DNA of 64,000 bases from Eledone cirrhosa (GCA_964016885.1 OZ024747.1:71982001-72046000), one strand, 5' to 3'. Positions 11,066 through 25,100 are shown, counted from the stretch's first letter. The notes: generated by a model not told the origin, from the letters alone. Translations and numbers: made by a program.

Positions 11066-12640
11066 ATTATCTGGTGGGCTCATTATCTGGTGGGCTCTTA
11101 GAAAACTAGGCGTTGATGAATGGCTTGTGAGGGCTATACAAGCCATGTATAAAGAAACAGTCAGCAAGGTTAGAATTAACAACGAATATAGTGAAGAGTT
11201 TAGCGTAAAAGTTGGCGTCCATCAGGGCTCTGTTCTCAGCCCCCTACTATTTATTATTGCCCTTCAGGCTATAACAGAGGAGTTCAAGACAGGCTGCCCA
11301 TGGGAACTCCTATACGCAGACGACCTGACACTCATAGCGGAATCAATGGCCGAGCTAGAGAAGAAATTCCAAACATGGAAGCACGGCCTAGAGTCAAAAG
11401 GACTTAAAATTAACCTGGCTAAGACCAAAGTTCTAGTTTGTAGGAAAGAAAACAAGGCGGCGGTCCCTTCTGGGAAATGGTCGTGCTCGGTATGTAGGAA
11501 AGGCGTAGGTAGAAACTCCATCTTATGTCCTAAATGCAAAGTATGGGTGCATAAAAGATGTAGTGGGATCACAGGTAAGCTAACTAAGAACATAGACTTT
11601 ACATGTGGCCGATGTTCTGGTGCAATAAGTAGCAGCAAGTGCCCACAAAATACTAGCTCTTTCAATTGCGCAGAGGGTTCTATAGAAATAGTGGACAGCT
11701 TCCGTTACCTGGGCGATAAAATCAGCAGTGGGGGAGGGTGCTCTGAAAGTACTGTAGCTAGAGTCAGAACTGGTTGGAAAAAGTTCAGAGAGCTTATACC
11801 ACTATTAGCTGCTAAAGGGTTCTCCCTAAAAATGAAAGGCAGGTTGTACGATGCCTGCATACGAACAGCAATGTTGCATGGTAGTGAGACCTGGGCATTG
11901 TGTGCAGAGGATATACGCAGACTAGAGAGGAACGAAGCTTGCATGCTCCGCTGGATGTGTAACAGTAATATACGTGAACGGCAAAGCATAAACGAACTAA
12001 GGAAAAAATTAGAGATAAGAGGGATCAGATGTTGTTTACTCGAGAGAAGGCTGCGTTGGTATGGACACGTGATGCGCATGAAAGTCGATAGCTGTATTAC
12101 AAAGTGCAGGGCAATAAAGATAGACGGTAGCCACGGAATAGGCAGACCTAGAAAAACATGGGATGAGCTGATAAACTCCAACCTCATACACTTACACCTC
12201 TCCAAGACAATGTCACTGGACCGTGACCTTTGGCGGTACTCAGTAACAGAGAAGACCCGCCTTGCCAGTAGGCATCTCTAACAAACTACACCCCATCCCG
12301 CCACCACCCCCACCCCATCCACACCACCCCGTTCCATGTAAAGTTATGTTGGTGCCGCGCCATCCAGGCCGAAACAAACGAGATCGTGTAGGTGTCACGA
12401 CAAAAAAACACACAGTCCACGCTGTAATGTGGCCGTGTAGGCAACACGGTAAAAACCTCCCAGACCCACACTGTAAATGTGGTTGGTGTTAGGAAGGGCA
12501 TCCAACTGTAGAAAACCTGCCAGACAGTCCTATGCGAGCAAGACAATCACTCTTGCCTCAAGTGGGACTACCCCCGTCCAAACCCATGCAAGCGTGGAAC
12601 ACGGACGTTAAACGTTGATGATGATGATGATGATGATGAT
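11066..12640 (+). mobile_element. RTE-clade LINE (PHD-in-RT family), 5'-truncated, uninterrupted 384-aa ORF, full 3' UTR with (GAT)n tail
   Basis: ORF 11127..12281; terminus ...cccatgcaagcgtggaacacggacgttaaacgttgatgatg. Confidence 0.95.
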
Positions 12641-13574
12641 TATATATATATATATATATAATCCACACTGCACGTGGCTGGTATTAGTGGTGTTAGGAAA
12701 GGCATTCAGCTGTATAAACCAAGCCAAAATACAGACCTGTATGTGGTCATCTGACATGATACATCTCAACTTGACAACCCGTCTAATCCATTCAAGCATG
12801 GAAAATAGACAACAATGATGATGATATATGTGTGTGTGACTGTGTGTATCGTGTTTGTATTTTTAAAATATTTTTTTGGCATGCTTGCATGGGGTGAATG
12901 AGGTTTCTTTCCCAGCCTGTTATCTATGGCCAAATGCTCTTCCTGATGCTAGCTCACACCTTATTCTGAGTATGACATATGCTAATAGACATATTGTTTA
13001 TATATAACATAAACAACTGTCACCACATAAATGGTGTTGATATGACATTTGCAGTAACTGACATACACGTACACACACAGATATATATATACAATGGACT
13101 TCTTTATTGTTTTTGTCTACCAAATTCACACACGATCTGGGGTTATAGTGGTAGATACCTGACCAAGTTGCTACTTAATAGGGCTGAACACAAAACCACA
13201 TAGTCCTGAAGTGAATTGTTTAAACACATTGTTATGTATATATATGTGTTTATGGTAGTCCTCAATTTGAGTTTAAGCAAAAGCCCTTTTTTATTAGTAT
13301 TATTTGCCAGTATTAGACATGTTTTCTTCTCTACATTGAGTCCTTAGATGACAACCTAGCCTGAACTTTGTTTTGAATTTTTACTGACAGATGTGGCAGG
13401 AAATTTGGTCAAGGACATTATCAACAACTGTTGCACTCTTGTGCATGTGTACACCTTTGAACAAAAAAACAAGTGTTCAGGTGGGCTTGAGTTGATCTTC
13501 TGACATATGACCTGTCATGGCTGTCAACTAAATGTGGAGTGAAAATGCCTGAGGGAATCACTCTTCATAAAGTG

Positions 13575-15060
13575 TCATCATCATCACCATTTAACGTCCA
13601 TCTTCCACACTAACAAGGGTTAGACGAGTTGTCCCGTTGTGAGACAAGTCATATCAGGTGACTGTGTTTTGCTTATACAGAACTGTCTCTGGCTTGGTTT
13701 CTATGGCTAGATGCCCTTCCTCACACACTTACAGCATGGACTAGCCTTCTCCCTTGCACACATCTGATTCCTCTTAGATACAGCTTTCCTCTCATTACAT
13801 TTGTGCTGTCATTTATCTACACTCACATTACTCATCCAGCAGAATATATATTCTTTCCGAGGATTGCAAATCCTCTGCGTTCCAGACCCACATCTTGCTT
13901 TCAAGCAGCATTGCAGTTTGTACACAAGCATCATACAATGTCCTTCACTTTATTGTCAGCAGAGATAACAGCTCCCTAAACTTTTTCACTCTGGTTATTA
14001 TGTTTTCACTACATCCACTTCCAATAAGATCACCTAGGTAATGAAATCGATTAATTACTTCAGTGATCCTTCTGTATTTGAGGGAAATTATTTTCCATTA
14101 ACTGTTACTCCAGTTCCTGTCACATACAAAGTCTACCTTCTCTGTGATCCCACTACACTCCTTGTACATACTGGATATGCCATATAGTTTCTACATAATC
14201 TTTTCTTGCACATTAAGCATAGTTATGAAAGAAGTCCTATAGACAACTGATATTAAATTCTTCTGTTACGGTTAGTATTATGATAGAAGGCGGCTCAGAA
14301 CTGACCCCTGATAGCCTCCTAATTTCATTGCTATCTCAATACTTCTATAATTACCCCTCTAGAGCATCATCTTTGCCCTTGTAGCAGTTGACAATGATGC
14401 TGTTAAGCCAGTCAATGTGTATGACATTTTCCTGCCTGTGCTCTAGTCTGCTGGATAGTTTAATCATCTCAACAATTATCCCTGATAAACTGCCTTCATC
14501 TCAATTGCAATTGCTATCTAATCATCTGCTTATCTTTTTTTCCTGATAAGAATGAAGTTGATCTAGCTCGTTTGTTTGCCTGATTAGTAGGTTATAAATT
14601 GTCAAATCAATTGGGTCACAGAACTGCAGGAGTCTTGATTTCTCACACCAAGATAATAACCTCCATGCAACACTATGGAAGCCATTCTGGTATTGTCCAA
14701 TATGAATCAATCAAGATAATGATATTACTGTCATACACCATTGAGGTACTCTACAATAAGATCTCATTGAAGTGGTCCTTTTGGTTATATGTATGCCCAG
14801 CTCATGGTGCATATGCAGAGATATATAAACTTAATTATCCCATCATATACTCTTGCTACTTCAGTTATCTTATTTACCCATTTCTCTGCCAACTGTATGT
14901 CTATATAACCTACAATGTCACAGCTGCTTACTCAAAAGAACCTCTACACATGCTCTTTGCCCAGGAGAAGTCTGGCTGAAGCTTCTCACGATCTTATCTT
15001 TTGTACACATTTACACACCTGCACTCAAGTATCTCTACAATTTCTCCAGACCTACCTTTC
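13575..15060 (-). mobile_element. Old, internally deleted RTE LINE including APE endonuclease remnants
   Basis: Minus-strand remnants GRSGEIVEILE, LAEKWVNKITEV, HGGYYLGVRN, IIVNCYKGKDDALE, FHYLGD, plus an RTE-type tail at 13575-13630. Confidence 0.7.
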
Positions 15061-16159
15061 ATTTGAAACTGATATGAAAAGGATTGCGGGCAATGGCTTG
15101 TACATCCAGACCTAAAACGAAGAGACTGTGTGATTGTTTGACGATAGATAATAGACTCTTACTCATGGTCTGATGTTTCTGTGTAAAGAAACCCATCTGG
15201 CTAAAGCATAACTGGAAAGATATACTGCCAGGTACAAGTAGATCCCAGTTGTAAACAGTAGTGGTTAAAGATATTGGCAATAATGAATGTGTGTGCAAAT
15301 GGTCTGTGTTGTTTCATGTGAAATGGGATGAGAGTGTAAGTTCAAATTGTAACAGGCAAGCTACTTGCGTATAGTGAAAATAGACTAGTGATTAAAATAA
15401 ATTTAAGTCTATTGTAGGAATCCAGCCATTGGAATGGCATACATAGATGTATTAAATATATATATATAAATAAATCAGGATGGAATCAGTTTGAAACTAG
15501 CTAGACCATTACACAACAGAGTACTCATTACTTGGGGTAGTAGAGTGTGGTTATATTATAAAGAGTTGCCGTTTCAACAAGAGCTTAGTCATTGGGTCCC
15601 GACTCTTTATAATATGTGTGTGTGTGTGTAAGGAATAAACTGTTCTTCAATGAAAGATGTGTATAAATCTACAAAATTATTGACTTTAATATTATTATAA
15701 CTTAATACCATTGTGTTTAACCTATTAAGTCTTTAAAACAACAGTAAAGGCTTCTTAGCATGTATTACATTTTACATATTGTCATCACTAATGGTGGTAA
15801 AACTACTGTTAAACCTTTATTTAAAGGTTTTGTAATGAATGAGCTGAGCTAAGCTATATAAAAATATTAAGTTATTTTTATCATTTATGCTGTTAACAAC
15901 CAAAGCACTATTGTTCTGTAAGGGTATAAAAGTGGACTGAATGATTTTTAAGCTGATAAAATCTAAAAGTATTCATGTGAAAAACAACTACCCCAGGTTT
16001 TATTAACTTTGAAAGATATAATGATGGATTAATGTTACAAAAACCTTATGATTGATAGGATATGGGGCAAGTTGTTCATCATAATGACCAACACAAAGGA
16101 AGAATCAAAATTACATTTACTAATCCTACCTAACTCACATCTTGCTGGGTTTCATCAGC

Positions 16160-16425
16160 ATCATTATCAACATTTTACATCCGCTTTTCCTTGCTTGCAA
16201 GGGTGGGACAGGTCCTTTTCAGCACAGCATCTCCCCATTCGTCATCTCTGCTGTGAGCTTCAGCAATCTCGGGTTAGCTCTACCACCTCCGCCCATGTTT
16301 TTTGTGGTCTTCCTCTACTACATCTTCCTTCCACCTGGAATTCTTCACCCAACGGTCATCTTTCATGTACATCACATGGCCATACCAAGACAGTCTTCTC
16401 TCCCGCACACTATAAGCCTATATTT
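16160..16425 (-). mobile_element. RTE 3'-end fragment (subfamily of 51308-52078)
   Basis: catccgcttttccttgcttgcaagggtgggac matches the reverse complement of 52020-52060; GRPQKTW remnant. Confidence 0.75.
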
Positions 16426-19384
16426 GAGGGTCATCTTAAAAGTTGATAATACTAGCATTACCATTTTCCTGGGTGTACTGGATGCATTTTATCATGGAGC
16501 CAGACTGATACTCCTCTCAAACTCTAGATTCTCTCCATTCGATTACAGAACAGTATAACTTCCAGTGCCTCACCACATTTAGTTTTAGTGTTACAATGTC
16601 TGATTTGAAGCTACTGTGCATATGTCATACAAAAACAAGAATATTTGTATTGGTGAATGGGTCTTTCGTATTATAATACATTAGCAATAACTTGGTTGCA
16701 TTAACAGCTATTAGAAATTATTTATTCATAGCAAATATGGGAAGTGCATATTGGTTCATCTTTGGTCTATTGTTCTCCGAAGAAAGTTTTCAGGAATGTT
16801 TGTCCTATGCACAAAAATCTGTTGGTATATGAAGAAATCCTTCTAAAACCAGCAACAACCCATTTTATTCGTTCAGCAGTACAGGAAGCATGTCACAACA
16901 TCCACCAGTTCAATATAGCTCTACCATGGTCAATAAAGCAGAACCCACTTCTATGAGAACGCTGCAATAACATTTCCATCGCAAACATTCAGATTTGTCA
17001 GTTTTTCTGAGTTGGATGGGTTGTTACTGTTAGAAACTGGATGGATTGAAGCAACCCATCTTGTTCATTATGCTCCATATTTGGCATGGTTTCTGCAGCT
17101 GGATGCCCTTTCTAATTCCAACTAGCTTACAAGGTGTACGCTACTGTTTCCTGAAACCAGCACTATTTTACAGAGTGAATTGGGTGCACTTTATCGTAGC
17201 ACCAATATTAGAGAGTCTGTCACATGCTAGGCCAAACTGAAGAGTCTTCTGAAACCCTACATTTTCTGTTTGATTGCTAAACATTTCCATCCCAAACATC
17301 CAGTTTCATCATCACATACTACTTCTCAGCTGGTACCACTCTACAATCAATATCAAAATCCCCAACCCTTACACACAACTGGGCAAAGATGTAACTTTTC
17401 CCAAAGGTCCTGCAGCCCAGGCAAACCTCAAAACTGCTTGTCTATATCGACACAAAACCCCTCAGTACAACACACCTGAGACCTAAAATATTTAATGTAA
17501 ATCACATTCAAGTGACATAAGGCGCTGTGAACAAACAACAGTTCTTGTAAGTCATGCAGAGACAAACAAAACAGTGGTATCCTTTTCAACTAGAGGGCTA
17601 TATATATCAAAGGAAGCTCTAAAAAATTTAGCTTTTGGAGTTACTTCCCTTACATCAAGTTACTTTTCTAAACAACCTTCACCCTTCATTTTACAGACAA
17701 CCGCTCTTGGCCTGAAAGGAATCAAACCTACACATCATGATACTGTCAAATCCTTTGCAGAGGATATATAACTGGCTGGGAAGCATTTTTCTACTAAGAC
17801 CAGGAAACCTCCAATTATGCCTGGCTTTACATTTTTGTTAAAAAGCAGACGTGGCCTTAATGAGGGTTTTTTTTGTTATTTTTACCAACCACTACTTTTT
17901 TTTAATGCATCAATCACTGCAAATACCGTCAATTTAATTAGATATATTTGGTATTCTTTGACCAAATGTTTAAATACTCTTAGTGAGTGGTTTGAATTCT
18001 TATTTAATTACACAAGATTTTCACTCAGACCCCACACAAGATCAATGCCTACTCATTTTTAGATCTAACTGATTATATCAGTCTCTGGTTACCATCATGG
18101 ATATTAGTTCTAACTAGTGAGTAGTGGTGAAGTCAGATACAGCTACTGGATGTGAGAAACTGTGCTAGAAATGGAACCATTGATTTTAGTAATATTTTTG
18201 TGGATGTATCACCTGAAAATTGCTGATCCAGCAAGAAAATTGAAGTAATGGAAAAGTAGTCAACTCTAATATTTACTCTCATCAGCATCGTCATTTACTC
18301 TCTTATCATCATCTTCCATGATCTATTTGCTTTGTAATACTATTTGTAAATAAACATACACACACACTCAATTTTCCGAAACTTCGACTCTTGCTCATCA
18401 GTCTCACATCTAAATAATTGTTTTCATAGTTAATGTTGTTTAAGAGGAAAGTATTTTCAAAATTATACGCTGCATCATGTTTTCTATTTATATAAGGTTT
18501 ACAATGTTCTAAAATCCCCCAGTTGATGACAAATTTATTTCTGCTGCCTTTTAATCTCCAGATGTAATTGATAATATCTTAACGTTTCTCTTTTCTATAT
18601 TTCTGAAGGAGTGTAATTAAAGTAATTGTATTTATATTCCGCTATTCTGACATGTTTACTCATGTCTCTAGACTTTTCTCTTTGATGGTAACCATGACCT
18701 TATAAATAATTATCTGAGTATTGAAAAGACTTAATCAGCACCTTCAACAATTTCAAGCCTAAAATAATTATATCCACAGATGTGAGCATGATCAACTTCT
18801 TAAGTTACATTCAACCTGAACACAGATAAAACACAAACCCTATAGGAAATACATTTTTTAGTATTGCCATTGGGATTTCTGTCGAGTCCCAAAAATATGC
18901 ATACAATGCTTTATGATAACTCCAAAGAAGAAAATATAGACAAGCATTAAGGCCATCTTCCCCTACTAAAATAGAGGTTAGCCTTATGGGGCCCCATGAC
19001 AAGCTTCACTTTTCTCTATCGTTTGTCTCCAATCTCCTGGCTTTCATTTCGTCTTACATCATCCTCAACCATGTCTTTCTTGGTCTTCCTCTTCCTCTAC
19101 TCCCTTTCATATTCATTTACTTCACTCTTCTCACCCAGTCACTCTCATCCTTCCTCAACACATGACCCAAACATCTTATTCCATTTCTCTTGACAGCATT
19201 CATCACGGGTTCTATACTCATTATCCTCTGCAATTCATTGTTTTCCTCTATCTCAATGTGCCTGCCTGGTTTAGAATAGGTACAGTGTATCACTGTGTGT
19301 CATAAGAGGCAACTAAAAATGTTGGCACTATTATGAACATCTGGCAATAAAACAATACTTCAAAAAGGACCTCATTATGAACTT

Positions 19385-19550
19385 AATTGTTTCTACTTTT
19401 GGCACAAGGTATTACTGGTACTTTATTTTATCGACCCTGTAAGGATGAAAGGCAAAGTTGACCTCGGCGGGATTTGAAATCAGATCATAAAGGGAGGTAA
19501 CTCTATGCTTCAAAGCATGGCGTCCGACCCTCTACCGATACTGCCAATTG
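19385..19550 (-). mobile_element. tRNA-derived SINE (same family as 6410-6815; further copies at 30552-30745, 59777-59965, 61515-62010, 63468-63652)
   Basis: Shared sequence aattgtttctacttttggcacaagg...ggatgaaaggcaaag...gatttgaa...ctctaccgatactgccaat. Confidence 0.85.
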
Positions 19551-22041
19551 AACATAATGAAGAAAATACAGGCAAAAAATACCCCCCAAAAATTAAAACA
19601 CTTACATATATAAATACATAAACATGTTATACACAAATACACATAGCCACATGCAAGACCTATGAGAATGTGAGTAGAAAGAAAATATTTAAGACTGCAT
19701 TGATCAATCACTTATAAAGAAAACAATTCTGTCTAAAATGTGTTGTGGAAATTAGATAAACTATAGGAAGATATTTATTATTGTCTTTCATTCAACATAT
19801 TCAGAATTCCAGTTCAGCTGCATACTTGAGACTACTGGAATATTGACTGGCTTCTCAACTATATGGTCATATGATTCTGCAGTATTTATAAAACAATTTT
19901 AAAAGAAATTTTTTTAAAAATCTTGTAATGTCTGCTTTTTCTGTTAGCACAAATTGGATGGGTAATTACAGACCAAATTAATATTTATTCAGAGCTACAG
20001 ACCTCTCTGCTGGATTGGTGACTGCATTTTGCTTACATACATCCCCACATTTTACAGAGTGCACCAGGTGCATTTTATCATTATACTGGCACTTGTCGTG
20101 TCTTTGACACAACTGAGGGGTCTGTCTGACCCTTTGTTTGGCAAGTTTTCTATGGCTGGATGCGCTTCTTGTCCCCAGCCACTTTACATAGTGTACTGGG
20201 TGCATTTTATCATGTCACCAACACTAGAGAAGTTGATGCATCCTTGACAAAAACTAAAGAGTCCTCTCAATTCTTTTATATGATTTATCTGACATATTTC
20301 GAGCCTATAATGACACCAAACAAAACAAAACAAAAAAAATTTGCATGATTCAACAGGAATAAAAGATGATCTAGGGCTACCTAAAAGGTGGCAAATTATT
20401 GAAAAACACCAAAGAATAAATAGCATCTCATGGTTCTAAAACAAGATATATTACATCACTTGAAAAGGTATATATTTTTTCATCCCAGTACAAAATATAG
20501 CTAATAAGTTGTTGCAGATGTTATGAACTACAGTGATACAAAATATCAGTTATAAAAAGTGAATGTTACTCGTAACAACAACACTCCCAAAATGTTTTTA
20601 AAAAAAATAAAAAAAATAAAATAAATAAATAAATAAAAAATAATAATGGCATGATGATATTGCAAAAATTATGTACAATGCTGACCATAGAAAAGTTTCA
20701 TCGGATGGAAAAGACAAAGGCACAAAACAAATTAAATGTATCCACAGTCTTGAAGTCTATAGCCTTGATGGAACATTCCAATAAAAATATGTACACATAC
20801 AACAAATGTATATTGTTCCCTGTAAACAGACTATACTATGAATATTTTGTTTCATAAAACAATGAGAATGCCCCAGTATGGCCAGTGCCCATAGGCTGGA
20901 ATAGGTAAAAGAGTATATGTAGTAATACCAATCAGTATAACAGAATACATGTACTACCCTATTCCGATATGATAAACATAGCATACATACATACAAATAC
21001 AAAAGCTTGACATTATCTAAATTCTTTAAAAGATATTTGTTGTTTGTTAGAAACTGGCCTTCATTCTGCTGCATAGGAGACACTTAAATAAAGAAATATA
21101 AAATTTACATACGATCAAGAAAGTTCAGTGTATAATATGTGAAGAATTTTCTGGACTTGTGTCAGGATATTCTCACTTTAAGTACCCCCAAGACAACATT
21201 TGAGCATGTATATGTGAAGGATTGTGTGTATGTTTTTTTTTTTCTCTTTTGCTTATACAACCATTAATATAAGTAATAACAAAATGAAACAAAGTTGAAA
21301 TAAAACTTTTTTTTTTTTTTGAAAAAAGATTTTCAATGTGTATCAAATTATTTAGCAGCATTTAGTGTATAAAAAATTCAAATTGTTCCAGTTTAACTAG
21401 TCAATTCAAATGAAAATCTTTTGTAGAATCCCAATGATGAAGTAAATTCTAAATAATTCTTGGGACTTGTTAGATCTACAATGCTGAGATGTAAGTAATG
21501 AAACCATAACACATGTACCTATATTCAAATAACCAAGCCAGCTTGGTCATCAGAAAATATAAATTATTTCTAACAACTCTCAGTAACTAACAGTTCACAT
21601 AAATTATTTCTGACTATGAAACTAATTAAAGCTATTTTCATTGTTGTTAGAGAGACAAACAATTTTAAGTAGAAATATTGTACAATCTCTAGTAAAATAT
21701 ATAAATTATTTTTGAGAATAAGTTTTTGAAAAATTATATAAAGAAAATAATGTAGCAATATATTCCATTAAAAATAAACTTAATTGCCTAGATAACTTTT
21801 TGTTATGTATTTTAAATAAAAAAAAATTTGAAGTGTAGTAGTACTATGCAATAGCAGATTTCACATGTGAAATAATACCAAATATTCATAGGAAGATATG
21901 TAAGTTTTCACATTTTAGTTCAGAATTTTCATTTTATACTAATCTCTCATATTTCTTTTAAATTATATAAAGTATTTTGAGGTGGTTTTGAATATGGTCT
22001 TAGAGAGGAGAGTATAAAATCATATAAATATAGTATTAAAA

Positions 22042-22175
22042 TCATAGGTCAGGAAAACGTTGTGGATCTTCGTGATAATTATTTGGTACTACAAACAAGC
22101 TTTCTTCAAGTTCATCAAGCCATTGAAATTTAGTAAAAGTGACTGTTGCTGTGACTGTTGGGAAAACAGGCAACT
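22042..22175 (-). CDS. ANKRD13C: ANKRD13C-like last coding exon: [44 protein letters not shown]
   Basis: tttctttcag acceptor, TGA at 22044-22042. Confidence 0.94.
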
Positions 22176-25100
22176 CTGAAAGAAATAACAAGCAAAACTT
22201 GATAATGAATTAACTGCAGAATTAAGCTAATAAATAGGGTTTCATAATTATATATATATATAAAAAGAAATAAAAAGCAATCTACTTATTTTAGAAACCA
22301 AGTATTTTGCCAGGTTCTTTAACCATTTTGATACCAAACTGCTTCAAACTATATCTGGTTTTATGATTCTAAGCCATTTATTTTAAAGTGTTTACATTTA
22401 TCTAAAAATCTTCCATCAATAATTTTATGTAAGAGCCTTTGTTTGATCCAAACAATAGCTTAATAATGAGAAAGTTAGTTATATCATTAAATCCATCCAA
22501 ATCCTTGATTATTTTCAAAATGATTTGAAAATTATAGATAGTGTCTTTTGTTAGAAATATGGTAATATAAGAGCTAATGCATACTAATTTATCTTATAAA
22601 CTTGAAACAATGTTTTAAAGTCTCTGATTGAATTATTAAGTCTGTATGGCATGAAAGTGTATTAGCAAAATATTTTTGAAAAGTACAAAACACCAATACA
22701 ATTGCATCACAATAAAATTTAAATCTTTAGTTTACTACTGCAAATTTTCACACTCATCTTTCCATTATAAATATTTGAATTAACCATTTTTCGATATTTT
22801 CTGCTAAATCATTACAGAATGTTAAGAGTTAATATAACTGTGAGAGAAATTCTAAATCACCTAATGTTGTAGATGCACTTACATAATGTTCTAGATACAC
22901 TTACATAATTTTCTAGATGCACTTACCGAGCTTAACAGGAAAACCCTGAGGTAGTTTGGTCATCATAAACTCTCTCAACTTCTGAAACTGCTTAAAAGGA
23001 GCAATAACTTCAAGTACATCCAGTAACCTATGAAATAAACATTTTAATCATGTTAATTTTATTGATTCTATTCTTTAGTATTTATTTACCTATATTGCTT
23101 TCAACAGTTTTATAACGGAAATAAAAATGAACACTATTAAAGCCAAAGAAAAATGCAACTACTTCTTGTTCACCCACTTATTCCTGAGAGGGTCATGGGG
23201 GCAGAATCTGTAAACACTCCTTCCAGTGGGTCCTGTCAGAAGCAACCGTTTCCAACTGATCTGGCCGGATCCCACAAATGAGACCAACTGAGCTCATGGA
23301 TGTTATCTAACCATCTTACTCGAGGTCTACCCCTGAGTCTCCTGCCAGTTGGTTTTGCCCGTAAAATCTGTCCAGCAATTCTTTCCTGAAACATTCTAAC
23401 CACATGCCCATAGTATTGGAGCTGTGATCTTTCAAATTGGAGAAGTAGCAGCTCTACTTGAAGCGACTCTCTGATCTCTGAGCTACGCATTCTATCAAGT
23501 AACATTATTCCAAATACCCATTTTGGCCACTTGTATTCACGATTGTATTCTTTCGGTCATTACCAAAGATTCATGACCGTAGGTAAGGGTTGGCTTTTAC
23601 ACCTACCTCTCTTCTGATTACTGAAGCTGGCGTATTACTACACCAGCTCCTGCAATTCTTGCAACTAAATTAAAAAATTAATATAAACAAGAGAACATAA
23701 TTTAATGCTAAAAACTTTGAATATGCAGTAAAAAAAATGGCTAGATTTCAAGGCCTTAAGTATTCATAAAGTATATTAACAGAACAGAATAAGCCAAGCT
23801 TAAAACGAAAACCGTAACAACATTTCTAGTTCATCTCCTCTGAGAATTTACTTACATCTAAACATGGTAGCTAAGTACTTCTTGCTTTTAAACTCACATT
23901 TAGAGGCAATTACTTCAAACAAAGATTTTAGGGGACATAATTACAATCCATATATCTCAGTTAGGAAGCAGCTGTTTTTCATTTATATGTCCCTACATTT
24001 GTACAAATGTTTATTATTCTTTAGTCTTAGCCCACATGGTAAAGTGGCAGCTGTTTTGGTGCCATGACAAAAGTGCTGTCTAAACTGTAGTGGTTGTTTT
24101 AGTGCCATGACAAAAAGTAAGCAGTCCACACTGTAAAGTGGTCGTGTAGGTGATACAATAAAGAGCGCCCAGTCCAAATGGTTAAGTGGTCATTTTGATG
24201 CTATGACAAAAAGCACCCAGTCCACACTGTAGAGTGGTTGTGTTGGTGACACCAAAAAGTGCCCAGGCCACACTGTAAAGTAGTCATGTAGGTGTCACAA
24301 CAAAAAGTGCTCAATCCACACTTTAAAGTGGTTGTGTAGGTGTCAATAAAAAGTGCCCAGACCACACTGTAAAGTGATTGCTTTGATGCCACGATAAAAG
24401 CTATCAGTCCACACTATAAATGTGGTTGGCATTAGGAAGAGCATCCAACAGTAGAAACCAAGCCATAAACAGTTCTGTATGCACAAGACTTGGTTATCTG
24501 ACCAGACTTGACTCACAACAGGACAACTAGTCTAACCCATGCCAGCATGGAAAAAAATGGGTGTTAAACAGTGATGATGATGATCCTCAATTCATTCTCA
24601 ATTTGTTTTCTAATTGACATTTAAGAGGTTCTGGAAAATATCCCCATAAATAATATTTATTTTGCCCTGTTTTCATCAGTTAGTTGGTCAGAAGTTAATT
24701 AATGCAAACTCAGTCTCCAATTACAACAGTCGGTCTTGTGTATCGCTATAAATTAATACTTGATGTGTTGGTTGGTCTCATTTCAGATGTCATGCTTGAG
24801 ATCATATAGGGAGAGGGAGGCAAAGAGAGAGTAAAAGAGTGACAGAGAAAGAATTAACATAGAAGTAACATCTAGTAGTTTACATATTGACTGAAGTGGC
24901 TGGTAAATAGTGAGAGAATATGCATGCACACACACACAATCACACAAATAAATGGCGTCTGCTGAGTGATTGTACAAAGTTGTTTTCTTTCCATACATTT
25001 TTCGTTCTTTATGATGAATGGAGGAAACATATATAAAAATATATATTCCTTTCTTCATTTTTTTTGTTTCCTTCAATACTATATGTGTAGTGAATATTAA

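Noticed and set aside
15552-15615. Short inverted repeat atattataaagagt...actctttataatat as another ribozyme
   Set aside because: The minus strand has GAAAC but only CCAATGA in place of the core and no convincing stem I.
16600-18320. Possible decayed coding relic (weak Walker-A-like AG..GKSY on the minus strand near 17390-17420)
   Set aside because: No coherent frame or second motif could be recovered by eye; it needs a translated search.
19760-22041. Defined 3' UTR and poly(A) site of ANKRD13C
   Set aside because: It is plausibly a long repeat-poor UTR, but AATAAA-like words are too common in this AT-rich DNA to pick an end.
24030-24430. Regularly spaced repeats resembling a CRISPR array (also 33800-34070, 40203-40755)
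   Set aside because: The whole unit is repeated with drift and there are no unique spacers; they belong to retroelement tails.
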